A stretch of 64,000 nucleotides of DNA from Promethearchaeia archaeon (GCA_029856045.1 JAHQWG010000028.1:256001-320000), one strand, 5' to 3'; positions 10,407 through 20,645 are shown, counted from the stretch's first letter. Notes: generated by a model from the sequence alone, not told the origin. Numbers and translations: made by a program.

Positions 10407-10891
10407 TCTCCTTTATCTTTGATTTTATACATTTCACGCTTTCCTATTGCAATACATCTCAATAGTTTTATAGTAGCTCTTAAAGAACCACTCATTTTAA
10501 TTTTTCCGGTAATGACATACTTAATAAAGAAGCTTAATATTCCAAAAATATTATTTTTTGTTCGCACTATAGCACTTACTACACGAACCACTTCATCTCT
10601 TTTTACATTCAAAGTCACGCACGAAATAGGATTTATAGATCTCCCCTTTCGAGGGTCAAAATTATCTTTATTTTTTACAAGTACAAAAGTTAGATAACCA
10701 TTTAAAGAGGGAAAATAGAATTCAACTTCTTGTCCCTCTCTTTTGCCAATTTTATTAAAAGGTTCATTGAATCCATATATTTCGATTAAAAGTTTAGCTA
10801 ACCTTGCAATATTAAGTAATTTTGTTTCATTTATTAAGTCATGGGCTTTTTTTTCCCGATTTAAAATATGGGTATCATTTTTTTCAATCAT
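10403..10891 (-). CDS. SCP2-like protein
   Basis: 'YVITGKIKMSGSLRATIKL' SCP2-like end. Overlaps the start of the dehydratase gene by 4 nt. Confidence 0.45.
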   Translation of the reverse strand: MIEKNDTHILNREKKAHDLINETKLLNIARLAKLLIEIYGFNEPFNKIGKREGQEVEFYFPSLNGYLTFVLVKNKDNFDPRKGRSINPISCVTLNVKRDEVVRVVSAIVRTKNNIFGILSFFIKYVITGKIKMSGSLRATIKLLRCIAIGKREMYKIKDKGE

Positions 10892-11163
10892 TTAATCATC
10901 ACGATATAGGATTAATAATATCTTTATAAATTTGGTTTGTGATCATTTATTTTAACTTGTTCTTTTTTTATAAAAAATTAATTATTGATGTAAAGTGTTT
11001 TTGATTTTAATTAATTTTTATATTTCAATAATCAATTTTAAAAAAGAATAGAAAAAATTTTTAAAATATTGTCACTTATTTTTCAGAATAGGTTATATCA
11101 TTTCGTGAGTAAAGTTAAAAAAGTAAGGAATAAAAGAATTAAAGATTTATTGGAGATATAAAA

Positions 11164-11577
11164 ATGATAAAACAAATTTCAATATTTTTACCAAATCACC
11201 CTGGTGTTTTAGTGGAGTTAACAAAATTATTAACGGATAATTCCATTAATTTGAGAGCTCTCACGATCTCAGAAACTACGGATTACGGTATTTTAAAGAT
11301 AATAGTGGACAAAACTAGTGAATGTATTCAGATTTTAGAAAGGGAAAGTTATTTAACGGCAGTGACAGAAGTTATTGCAATAGAGATTCCAGATAAACCA
11401 GGTTCTCTACATGAAGTCATAAAATTATTGGGAGAAAATGAGACCAATATCGATTATTTGTATTCCACAATTGTTAAAAATGGTGCAGTTATAATTCTTA
11501 GAGTTTCTGACAATAAAAAAGTAATTGAGTTATTAAAGAGTAAAAATATTAAAGTACTCGATAAAACTGATTTTTGA
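11164..11577 (+). CDS. Tandem ACT-domain protein
   Basis: QISIFLPNHPGVL and IPDKPGSL repeats. Confidence 0.85.
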   Translation: MIKQISIFLPNHPGVLVELTKLLTDNSINLRALTISETTDYGILKIIVDKTSECIQILERESYLTAVTEVIAIEIPDKPGSLHEVIKLLGENETNIDYLYSTIVKNGAVIILRVSDNKKVIELLKSKNIKVLDKTDF

Positions 11578-11582
11578 ATATT

Positions 11583-11660
11583 TTAGTTTAAAACAGCATT
11601 ATTTCCTTCCTTCTTGAGATAACCTAAAAAACATACATTATTAGAAAATTTATAAAATTG
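11583..11660 (-). pseudogene. Diverged copy of the 3' end of the Hef helicase gene
   Basis: Translates QFYKFSNNVCFLGYLKKEGNNAVLN*, versus KFYQFFNSACYLGYLKKKGNNVILN* at 18483-18560. Confidence 0.85.
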
Positions 11661-11710
11661 ATTTGCTAAAGAGTAAAAATATTAAAAAAATAGATAAAAG
11701 CGATATTTAA
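11657..11710 (+). pseudogene. Diverged copy of the 3' end of the ACT gene
   Basis: Translates IDLLKSKNIKKIDKSDI*, versus IELLKSKNIKVLDKTDF* at 11524-11577. Confidence 0.8.
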
Positions 11711-11740
11711 ATTTTTAATTTGCATTTTTGAAATATGAGA

Positions 11741-12211
11741 TTAATATCTAATTCTATTTCTATTTGGATCTCTAAGTTTATCCTTATTTCCTCTCTCCTT
11801 ATGTGATATATAAAGTCCCATCATTCCACCAACCAGTATGCCAATAATTGTAGCTACAATAAAGATTTCGAAAAATAAACTAAGAGTTAAATAAAAATCG
11901 AAGCCGGCGTTCGGTAAAACAAATACAAAGAAAAGAAATATTATTATTGAAATTACAGATAAAAGTGCTCCGAAAAATCCTACAATGAACCCTATGTGAA
12001 TGGGATTATCACCTACTTTTCGAGCTTTTAATGCTAAAATCACCCCAACGATAGCTCCAAATAAAACATGGAGATCTCCTAAAAAAAAAAGAGAAATTGG
12101 ATTAATTAGATAAGCAATAAATGCAATCAAATCGAAAATGATAATTCCGGAAAAGACATTGTGTTCTTTAGATTTTTCATATAGATCTTGAATAAATGGA
12201 ATTTTTGGCAC
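11741..12211 (-). CDS. Small membrane protein (about 4 TM)
   Basis: Hydrophobic Gly-rich helices, directly downstream of the ABC ATPase. Confidence 0.6.
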   Translation of the reverse strand: MPKIPFIQDLYEKSKEHNVFSGIIIFDLIAFIAYLINPISLFFLGDLHVLFGAIVGVILALKARKVGDNPIHIGFIVGFFGALLSVISIIIFLFFVFVLPNAGFDFYLTLSLFFEIFIVATIIGILVGGMMGLYISHKERGNKDKLRDPNRNRIRY

Positions 12212-12239
12212 CCATCTTGAATAATTACTTTCAATCGTT

Positions 12240-13343
12240 TTATGAAGGAAAGTGAATAAGATTCATTTCCGTTTCACTGTCAAAAACATGAATTTGATCT
12301 GGAGAGAAAGATATATATGCAATATCACCCATTCGTCCAGGATAAAATCCAGGTGTAACCGCCATAGCGGAAATTTTATCAGGAAATTCGTAAGTAATAA
12401 TCGTTTCTGCACCAAGATATTCAATAACAGTAATTTCAACTTTGTATGAATCTTGATGAGTTTGAGTTGTAACCTTTATGTGTTCAGGTCGAATACCTAA
12501 AATCAAATTTTCAAAACTTGCTTTAACTAGCTTGTTAGCAATATCTTCAGGTAATGGATACTTCTGTTCTCCAAAAATGAGCATATTCCCATTTTTTTGA
12601 TCAAACTTTGTATCAATGAAATTCATAGTGGGAGAACCAATAAACCCAGCAACAAAGAGGTTAATAGGACAATTATATACTTCAGAAGGTGTCCCTAGTT
12701 GTTGAATACGACCATCAAAAAGAATAGCAATTCGATCTGCCATTGACATAGCCTCAACTTGATCATGAGTCACATAAACTAGAGTTATTCCAAGTCTTTT
12801 TTGAAGTTTGATTATCTCACCCCGCATTTGAGTTCGTAATTTAGCATCAAGATTACTCAAAGGCTCATCAAAAAGAAACGCGGTTGGGTTACGCACCATA
12901 CATCTCCCTAGAGCAACTCGTTGTCGTTGGCCCCCACTTAGTTCTTTAGGTTTACGATCCAATAATTCCGAGATTCCAAGGATTTCTGCTGCTACCTTTA
13001 CCCTCTTGTCAATGATACGTTTATCAGTTTTAGATAATTTTAAAGAAAAACTCAGATTATCTCTGACATTCATGTGGGGGTATAATGCATAACTTTGAAA
13101 TACCATCGCAACCTTTCTCTCTTTGGGCGGTAGATAAGATACATCAATATTATTAAACAAAATTCGACCATTAGTTACATATTCTAATCCAGCAATGATA
13201 TTCAAGCATGTTGATTTACCACAACCCGAAGGTCCTACTAGAACTAAAAATTCTTTGTCCTGAATTTCAAGATCAATATCCTTTAAAACGTGGACATCTG
13301 GACTAAAAATTTTATTTACTTTTTCTAAAATTATATTAACCAT
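12240..13343 (-). CDS. malK: Sugar ABC transporter ATPase (MalK/MsmX family)
   Basis: GPSGCGKST, LSGGQRQR, FDEPLSNLD, C-terminal TOBE/OB region (LGIRPEHI). Confidence 0.93.
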   Translation of the reverse strand: MVNIILEKVNKIFSPDVHVLKDIDLEIQDKEFLVLVGPSGCGKSTCLNIIAGLEYVTNGRILFNNIDVSYLPPKERKVAMVFQSYALYPHMNVRDNLSFSLKLSKTDKRIIDKRVKVAAEILGISELLDRKPKELSGGQRQRVALGRCMVRNPTAFLFDEPLSNLDAKLRTQMRGEIIKLQKRLGITLVYVTHDQVEAMSMADRIAILFDGRIQQLGTPSEVYNCPINLFVAGFIGSPTMNFIDTKFDQKNGNMLIFGEQKYPLPEDIANKLVKASFENLILGIRPEHIKVTTQTHQDSYKVEITVIEYLGAETIITYEFPDKISAMAVTPGFYPGRMGDIAYISFSPDQIHVFDSETEMNLIHFPS

Positions 13344-13366
13344 TTTAATAACCTCTTTTATTTTGT

Positions 13367-15382
13367 TTATCCTTTAACAGCACCACTTGTAATTCCACTT
13401 ATTATTTTATTTTGAAATATTAATACAATAATTACTAGTGGAACAGTAGCGATAGAAGTTGCAGCCATAAGAGCTAAATCAGTATTCCAATCAGCTTGAA
13501 GAAGGGGGCTTCGAACAAAACGTAAAATCGCTCTTGGTACAGTATGATTAATATCTGACGTTAACCATATTTGAGCAAAAAGAAGCTCGTTCCAAGAGGC
13601 AATAAACACTAAAATTGAGCATGTAAAAATCCCTGGAACAGTTAGTGGAAGAATAATTTTGCGGAAAATTTGAAAATTTGATGCTCCATCAACTTTTGCT
13701 GCATGCCATAAATCTTCAGGTATTTCCTTAAAGAAAGCTTGCAGGACAAAAACAGCTAAAGGTAAATTAAATGCAGCATATGGTAGCACAAGGCCCAAAA
13801 TATTATTTCGAAAATCTAAAAACGGGAAAATTTTTGCAATAGATGCCATTTGAATATAAAAGGGGATGGCTATCATTAAAGGTGGCAGACTTGTCATAAA
13901 AAAAATGAAAGAACCTAACGTTGGTTTTAGTCGGAAATTGAACTTCGCTAAAGCATAAGCTATAAAGGAACCAATAAAAATAACCACCAACACTGTTAAA
14001 CCTGAAAGAATGAAACTATTAAGTAATGCATGATCAAAAGAGACTCCAGTAAATTCAGAAGTTTGAAAAACAACTTCATATGATCTTAAATTAAAAACTT
14101 TGGGGAATAATTCAAATCCCGTTTGAGTAATATATGGGTCTCTGAATGATCGTAATATTATCCATATAAAGGGAGATGCACAAAAAAGACACATCATAAT
14201 GGTTATTAAATATAAAACACCTTTTTTTAAGAGAAGCTTCCTTTTAAACCACGCCATTTTCGATTCAGAGAGTTCTAAAATGCTCGATTCTGATTCAATT
14301 TCTATATCCTCTATGACTAATTCCGTAAGATCTTCCTTCCTTTTGAAGAATTTTTGAAATCTTGATTTAGACTTAATAGAAATAGATTTTTCTCTCCTGG
14401 TAAGTTTTAATATAATTACTGCAAATAATAAAATGAATAAAAATAACATAACGGTGACTGCTGCAGATAACCCCCATCTACTTGCAAACCATAAATTAAC
14501 AGCTTGGGAAGTCATTGAATCAACACTTTTATCATTAAAAACTACATTTAGATCATAAACCCTAAGAGCATCCATCATTCGAAAGATTAAAGCAACTCCA
14601 ACGCCTGGTTTAATCAAAGGCCAGGTTATATACCTGAATTTTTGCCAAGCAGTTGCCCCTTCAACATCCGCAGATTTATAAAGGTCTTCTGAAACAATTT
14701 GTAAAGCTGCAAGTATCAAGAGTGTAAAAAAGGGGGTCGTTTTCCACACATCAATTGCAATTATTGTAAACATTGTCATTTTTATAGGAAGAAAATCGAT
14801 AAATGGTTCAAATGGAATAAGGATTGGTAATTCGAATAGAATTAACGCATCAGGTCCATAAAAATCAATAGGACGAATTGAAAGTAGTTCAAGAATATTA
14901 TTAATTAACCCCCATGTAGGGGCTGGCGAGAATATTTCAAAACGGAAAATAGTTGATGAGGCAACAGTTGGAAGTGCCCAAGGGATCAAAAGTGTTGCTC
15001 TAGCTATTCCTCGACCTCGGAATTGTTTGTTCAAGATTTGAGCAAAAATTAGACCTAAAATGAATTCAATAAATAAGGACACTACGGAAAAGAAAATGGT
15101 TTGATAAGTATCTTGCCAAAAATCACGAGTATTATAATTGCCATATGTTAAAAGTTCGTAATAATTTGTAATAGAAAAAGCTGAACCAAAGTATCCAGTA
15201 GTTCCACTACTATTCGTGAAACTAATAAAAACCCCAATAATAATGGGTAAGAAAATAGCTAGACTAAATACAAGTAATGCTGGTATAATTAAAGTGATGA
15301 TAAATTTTGTATCAGTTGGAGGCTTCTCTTCAGTTTGTGAAAAATCGAAGATAATAGAATTTTTTTGAAAACTTTGTTCCAT
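13367..15382 (-). CDS. Fused MalF-MalG type sugar ABC permease
   Basis: Two permease halves, each with an EAA-like loop (SADVEGAT and AAKVDGAS), joined by a charged linker. Confidence 0.9.
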   Translation of the reverse strand: MEQSFQKNSIIFDFSQTEEKPPTDTKFIITLIIPALLVFSLAIFLPIIIGVFISFTNSSGTTGYFGSAFSITNYYELLTYGNYNTRDFWQDTYQTIFFSVVSLFIEFILGLIFAQILNKQFRGRGIARATLLIPWALPTVASSTIFRFEIFSPAPTWGLINNILELLSIRPIDFYGPDALILFELPILIPFEPFIDFLPIKMTMFTIIAIDVWKTTPFFTLLILAALQIVSEDLYKSADVEGATAWQKFRYITWPLIKPGVGVALIFRMMDALRVYDLNVVFNDKSVDSMTSQAVNLWFASRWGLSAAVTVMLFLFILLFAVIILKLTRREKSISIKSKSRFQKFFKRKEDLTELVIEDIEIESESSILELSESKMAWFKRKLLLKKGVLYLITIMMCLFCASPFIWIILRSFRDPYITQTGFELFPKVFNLRSYEVVFQTSEFTGVSFDHALLNSFILSGLTVLVVIFIGSFIAYALAKFNFRLKPTLGSFIFFMTSLPPLMIAIPFYIQMASIAKIFPFLDFRNNILGLVLPYAAFNLPLAVFVLQAFFKEIPEDLWHAAKVDGASNFQIFRKIILPLTVPGIFTCSILVFIASWNELLFAQIWLTSDINHTVPRAILRFVRSPLLQADWNTDLALMAATSIATVPLVIIVLIFQNKIISGITSGAVKG

Positions 15383-15484
15383 TATTAACCTCTCTTATAA
15401 GAATGATTTTATTTGGCAAAATATTAAATCGATTAAAAAAAAAAATATATAATTATTTTTTTAATTTTTTTTTGCTTATATTTA

Positions 15485-16933
15485 TTATTTTTTCCTCTTC
15501 TTCTTATAAATTGCTATAGTTGCAAGTGTTCCTGCTATAGTAAATAGTAAGATAGTGATATCAAATCCAGGAATTTCAGATACTACTCCAAGAACTTCAT
15601 TTACATCGGTTTCCATCTCTGCTAATCCTTCAGCGGGAGTTTTAACGCAACCAATTATGTCGGCAAATTTATCTGCGATTTGGGTTGACATTAATGAATA
15701 TTTTGGAGTGACTGGTCTTGCAAGTGTTAAGGGAAGCTGAGTTTTTACACCCGTTATCCACTCCCAACCCGTTGGAGGACTATCATAAACGGATTTTAAT
15801 GCTGGAAAATTAGAATCACCTGTGAGCTCATATTCTTGTGCAACTGTATCACCAAGGAATTTTATTAGATTAAGTGCTTCTGTTTGATGTGTACTAGTTT
15901 TAGGAATAGTTAAAATCGCACCACCTACAACTGATGATTTTTCACCTGTTGCACCTGTGAAAGTCGGGAGTGGGGCAACCCCAAACTGAATGTAATTACC
16001 ACCAGCATCAGTTGCATTCAAGGGTGATGATGTTGCTGATGCACTATAACCAAATGTCCACTGTCGCATAAAGATAGCATTACCCGCAGTCCATGCACCC
16101 ACCGAAGATCCTTCATCCATAACAAGTCCTTCACGAGGGATAATATAATCTGTATCTTGAACTCCAGTATATCTTGGGGCAATTAATGCCTTTAAAAATG
16201 TCATTGCTTCAACAACTTTGGTTTGATCTAAATTTACAGTATCGTCATCGACCATTATATTAGTAACGCCATTACTACCAATCCATTCAAAGAAATTGCA
16301 TACTCCACCTTCATAAGCATCAAGTTGAGTAACATATCCTACTAAATCTGCATTTAATGCTTGTTCACTTGCATTACCCAATATTGCATTGGCTGTCGTG
16401 TTTAATTCAGCCCAAGTATCGAAATCTGCCGTAGTAAAGCCATTTCTGGTTATAAGATCTTTCCTATAGAATAACAAACCTAAATTCATGAAATAAGGGT
16501 ACGCCCAGATTTTACCTTTATAAGTACACGCTGTTACCATACCTTCGACATAATCATCCATTTCATTTGCGTCTAAAAGACTAGTTAAATCAACGACCCA
16601 ATTATTTTCAGCGAATTGAGCCATCCAAGGAGGATCTACACCCATTACATCGAATTCAGTACTTCCTGCAGTCATTTGGGCTACTAGATAAACAAGTTGA
16701 TCATCAGCACGGGTTCCAGAAGCGATTACTTCCACAGAATCTACTCCTGTTCCGAGAGCAGATGCCAAAAAATCAGCCTTAACACCATCAATCAATGGTT
16801 TTTGTTGGTCAGTCACGATAATTTTCAAAGCCACACCATTAGCCTTGACAGGCATTGGTATAAAAGCAAACAAGAACATCGATAGAAATACAACTAGCAA
16901 AATAATTGCTTTTTTATTTATGGTTTTTTTCAT
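15485..16933 (-). CDS. Sugar (trehalose/maltose-type) ABC substrate-binding protein with C-terminal IPGF-TM-basic sorting tail
   Basis: Signal peptide, GLLFYRKDL, AYEGGVCNFFE, RPVTPKY. Ends EIPGFDITILLF...KKKRKK. Confidence 0.88.
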   Translation of the reverse strand: MKKTINKKAIILLVVFLSMFLFAFIPMPVKANGVALKIIVTDQQKPLIDGVKADFLASALGTGVDSVEVIASGTRADDQLVYLVAQMTAGSTEFDVMGVDPPWMAQFAENNWVVDLTSLLDANEMDDYVEGMVTACTYKGKIWAYPYFMNLGLLFYRKDLITRNGFTTADFDTWAELNTTANAILGNASEQALNADLVGYVTQLDAYEGGVCNFFEWIGSNGVTNIMVDDDTVNLDQTKVVEAMTFLKALIAPRYTGVQDTDYIIPREGLVMDEGSSVGAWTAGNAIFMRQWTFGYSASATSSPLNATDAGGNYIQFGVAPLPTFTGATGEKSSVVGGAILTIPKTSTHQTEALNLIKFLGDTVAQEYELTGDSNFPALKSVYDSPPTGWEWITGVKTQLPLTLARPVTPKYSLMSTQIADKFADIIGCVKTPAEGLAEMETDVNEVLGVVSEIPGFDITILLFTIAGTLATIAIYKKKRKK

Positions 16934-17004
16934 ATTTTTTTGTCACTTTTTTTTAGATATTAGGAGTAAAATTTGAATTTTTCTAATTTTATAAACATAG
17001 AAAA

Positions 17005-17022
17005 ATCATAGAAAGCTATGAT
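17005..17022. promoter_or_regulatory. Inverted repeat ATCATAG-N4-CTATGAT in the divergent ABC/treT promoter region
   Basis: Perfect 7-bp arms next to a minus-strand TTTAAATA TATA-like box. Confidence 0.4.
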
Positions 17023-17173
17023 ATATTTATTTAAAAATTTTTGCAACATTTTTGATTTTTACGTAAAAGTATAAATTTATTAAGTTTAAATCACAAAATA
17101 AAAATTTAAAGCAATAAAATTATAAAAAATTATTATAAAAAAGTTGTAATAAGTAAAAGGGTGTTCTAATTAA

Positions 17174-18394
17174 ATGAAAAAAAAAAATAATTCAATATTA
17201 GAAAAATATCAACGCCTTCTAGGAAAAAAAAAAATCAATTCACTACGAAAAAAAGCAATAAATTTCGAACAAAAAACAGTGTTACATATTAATTCAACCA
17301 AGTTTGGTGGCGGCGTCGCAGAGATTTTGAATAATATGATCCCAATGATGAGGGAACTCAAGATAGATGCTGAATGGAAAGTATTTTCTGCACCTAAAAG
17401 TTTCTTTGAAATTTCAAAGAAGATGCATAATGCATTACAAGGGAATATGTCTATTAATTTCTCGGAAGATGAAATTTCTGCCTTTCTTGAACAAGCCAAA
17501 TCAACATATGAACAAATTCATCCTAATAGTGATTTTGTAATTATTCACGATCCTCAGCCATCTCCTGTGATAGAATACGCTCATGAGAGGAGTGGTAAGT
17601 GGATTTGGCGCTGTCATATCGATACTTCTGATCCGAATCCACAGGCTTGGAATTTGATCTCTCGGTATTTACCCAATTATGATGCACTTATTTTTACTAA
17701 GTTGGAGTATGCTAAACCCGAAATAAACAATCTAATCTATCCGATACCACCTTCAATTGATCCATTTTCAGAAAAAAACAAAAAACTTGATAAAGAAACT
17801 GCAAATGAGATTGTGAAAAAATTTGTTCCACTTGATCGTCCTCTAATAACTCAAGTTTCTCGGTTTGATCCTTGGAAAGATCCCTTGGGTGTCATTGACG
17901 TATTTCGAAAGGTAAGAGAAAAAATCCCAGTTCGATTAGCTTTAATTGGGAGTTTAGCGCACGATGATCCAGAGGGAATTGAATTCTTAGAGAAAGTTAA
18001 GAACTATGCATCCAATGACCCCGAAATCCATATTCTGACTAATCTTGATGGTGTAGCTGACCTTGAAGTAAATGCTTTCCAGCATGTATCAGATATTGTT
18101 CTTCAAAAATCGCTCCGAGAAGGATTTGGATTAACTATTGCCGAAGCTCTTTGGAAAGAGACTCCAGTTATTGGAGGTAATGTAGGAGGGATTAAATTGC
18201 AGATTGAAAATGGTATAACTGGGTTTTTAGTTAATTCTATAGATGAGACAGTTGAAAAAATACTATATCTCCTTGCCAACCCGAGTATCGCAAAAAAAAT
18301 GGGTAAGAAAGGATATGAGAAAATAAAAAATGAATTTCTATTAACACATCATCTCGAGAAATATTTAGATTTATTTAAAATCTTATCCAAATAA
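17174..18394 (+). CDS. treT: Trehalose glycosyltransferring synthase (GT4)
   Basis: HINSTKFGGGVAEIL, IHDPQP, WRCHID, QVSRFDPWKDP, EGFGLTIAEALWK. Confidence 0.9.
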   Translation: MKKKNNSILEKYQRLLGKKKINSLRKKAINFEQKTVLHINSTKFGGGVAEILNNMIPMMRELKIDAEWKVFSAPKSFFEISKKMHNALQGNMSINFSEDEISAFLEQAKSTYEQIHPNSDFVIIHDPQPSPVIEYAHERSGKWIWRCHIDTSDPNPQAWNLISRYLPNYDALIFTKLEYAKPEINNLIYPIPPSIDPFSEKNKKLDKETANEIVKKFVPLDRPLITQVSRFDPWKDPLGVIDVFRKVREKIPVRLALIGSLAHDDPEGIEFLEKVKNYASNDPEIHILTNLDGVADLEVNAFQHVSDIVLQKSLREGFGLTIAEALWKETPVIGGNVGGIKLQIENGITGFLVNSIDETVEKILYLLANPSIAKKMGKKGYEKIKNEFLLTHHLEKYLDLFKILSK

Positions 18395-18482
18395 AAAAAT
18401 AACTCTCAATATTTCTTTTTTTTAAACCCAATATAAAAATTTCTAATTTAGAATATTTCTTGGATTAAAATTGCATTTTCAT

Positions 18483-20645
18483 TTAATTTAAAATTACGTT
18501 GTTTCCTTTCTTCTTGAGATACCCTAAATAACATGCACTATTAAAAAATTGGTAAAACTTTTTTCCAGTAATTTCTTCATTGTCTGCGTATTTATTAAAT
18601 TCATCAAATCTAATTATTCCTTTTTCGTCACCGTATGTTTTAACAATATTTATTAGAGTTTTTACATTTCTATTAACATATTTCTTTTTTTCTTTTACCT
18701 TCTTTTTATGTAGTCGAGATTTTATTTTTTCGATATCTTTCGTTAACTGCTCTATGGATTTTTGATAAATGTCCGAATATAATGTTACTCCAAGTTCTCT
18801 AAATTTATTTGAATCTACAGAATTTGATAAAGAGTCAATCTCGTCAATTATTTGACTAATAGACCTTTTTGCTAATATTTTATATTCTTGATTTTTCTTT
18901 TCACGGTATTCTCTCAATAAATCATGAAAATTTATAATGTTAGTTCCGTTAAATGGTCTACAGATATTGTTTCTACTTAATTGTGGAGTTAATTGTAAAT
19001 CTTCTGAAGAAATTAAAGTTTTTAACATAGTATTTTCTTTTTTTAACGAGATATAATTATAAGGTTCATCTACAGTGTATTTAGTTATTAGTATATAACA
19101 ACGTCCAGGAGCTTTTCTACCTGTCCTACCTCTTCTTTGAATCAAACGAATTTCAGATGGAACAGGTTCATAAAAAATAACTGAATCTACATTTGGTATA
19201 TCAAGACCTTCTTCTGCGACACTTGTGGCAATTAAAACATCAATATCTCCATTTCTAAATTGATTTAAAATCTCAATCTGTTTTTTCTGGCTGTATCCAA
19301 GTTCCTTTTTACTCATTGCTTGTCCAATGAATTTTTCTGCACGTAGTTTACCTTTAAATTTTTCATCAAAAAATCTTTTGAGAAGGGAGACCATTTCTCT
19401 GTATTGAGAAAAGATAATAACTTTTTGACAATCTAACTCAAAAAACTCTTTTGTAATTATATTTAATGTTTTTTCAATTTTTGGGTGATTTATTCGCTTA
19501 TTTTTATTTCTCCATTGTTGAATATATGAAAAAATGTACTGGAAATTTTCAGAATTTAAAATACGTTTAGCAGATAAAATATCATTATCAGCCTTTTTAA
19601 CTATTGTTTCTAAAAATGATTCGTATAATGTAATATCTTGAGTTTCTATTAGATCTTTTCCATGCAAAAGAGAGATACAACTTGAAGCCATTGAATATAC
19701 CAAATGAATGTCTATTTTGTTTTTTCTAACGATGTCTATAATTCTAGGATTTTTATAGAATAATAAGTCTCGAATATCAGAAATTTCACCAAATTTAGAT
19801 TCATATAAACATTCATTTTCGTATTTTAAACTAATAGTTAAATCTTTTGCGATGCTAAGAAAGTCAATTTTAGTATAATAAGTCTTTGGCTTTAATAATT
19901 CATTATCCAGAAAAAAAGAGAGATATTTCTTGAACAAAGATTCCCATACTAGACTTAGTTCCATAAATTCTATGGGCAAATCGACATATTCAGTAAAAAT
20001 TTCAATTGGAAATATGTATTCTTTTACATCCACATCCTCTTCAGTTCTATAAAGAACATTTTCAATGAACAGTTTATCACACAGATACTGAATTATTTCA
20101 AAGTTTTTTCCAGGAGATGCACTTAGAGCTAAAATTAAGGGATCTTTACAAGTCCTAATATATTCTTCAGCTAAAAAGGTATAAGCATAATTATTACGAG
20201 CTTTATGTGCCTCATCAAAAATTATTAATGAAACTTGAGATAAATCATATCGATTTCTTAAAATATCATTTTTTATTACTTGAGGTGTGCTAATAATTAT
20301 TTGAGAATTTTGAAACTGTACCATCCTAATAGGAGGTTGAATTTTACCAGTCATTAGACAGACTTTGTTTTTAGGTAAAGTTGTAAATTTTGAAAACATC
20401 TCATAATGTTGATGGACTAACGGGCGTGTTGGAGCCAAAACAAGGATTTTTGTCCAGTTATATTTTAATAATCTATTTGCTGCAGCAATGAGTCCAATAA
20501 TAGTCTTTCCTAAACCAGTAGGTATAACAACTAAAGAATTTCCAGACAAACATCTATTCGAAATATCAACTTGATATTGTCGGTATGAAATACAGTCTTT
20601 TTTCAAATATCTTATATTGAAATAAGTCGGATGTATTTTATTCAT
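18483..20645 (-). CDS. hef: Hef/FANCM-family DEAH helicase, no recognisable nuclease domain
   Basis: PTGLGKT, APTRPLV, DEAH, SAS, TSVAEEGLDIP, QRRGRTGR. Confidence 0.88.
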   Translation of the reverse strand: MNKIHPTYFNIRYLKKDCISYRQYQVDISNRCLSGNSLVVIPTGLGKTIIGLIAAANRLLKYNWTKILVLAPTRPLVHQHYEMFSKFTTLPKNKVCLMTGKIQPPIRMVQFQNSQIIISTPQVIKNDILRNRYDLSQVSLIIFDEAHKARNNYAYTFLAEEYIRTCKDPLILALSASPGKNFEIIQYLCDKLFIENVLYRTEEDVDVKEYIFPIEIFTEYVDLPIEFMELSLVWESLFKKYLSFFLDNELLKPKTYYTKIDFLSIAKDLTISLKYENECLYESKFGEISDIRDLLFYKNPRIIDIVRKNKIDIHLVYSMASSCISLLHGKDLIETQDITLYESFLETIVKKADNDILSAKRILNSENFQYIFSYIQQWRNKNKRINHPKIEKTLNIITKEFFELDCQKVIIFSQYREMVSLLKRFFDEKFKGKLRAEKFIGQAMSKKELGYSQKKQIEILNQFRNGDIDVLIATSVAEEGLDIPNVDSVIFYEPVPSEIRLIQRRGRTGRKAPGRCYILITKYTVDEPYNYISLKKENTMLKTLISSEDLQLTPQLSRNNICRPFNGTNIINFHDLLREYREKKNQEYKILAKRSISQIIDEIDSLSNSVDSNKFRELGVTLYSDIYQKSIEQLTKDIEKIKSRLHKKKVKEKKKYVNRNVKTLINIVKTYGDEKGIIRFDEFNKYADNEEITGKKFYQFFNSACYLGYLKKKGNNVILN

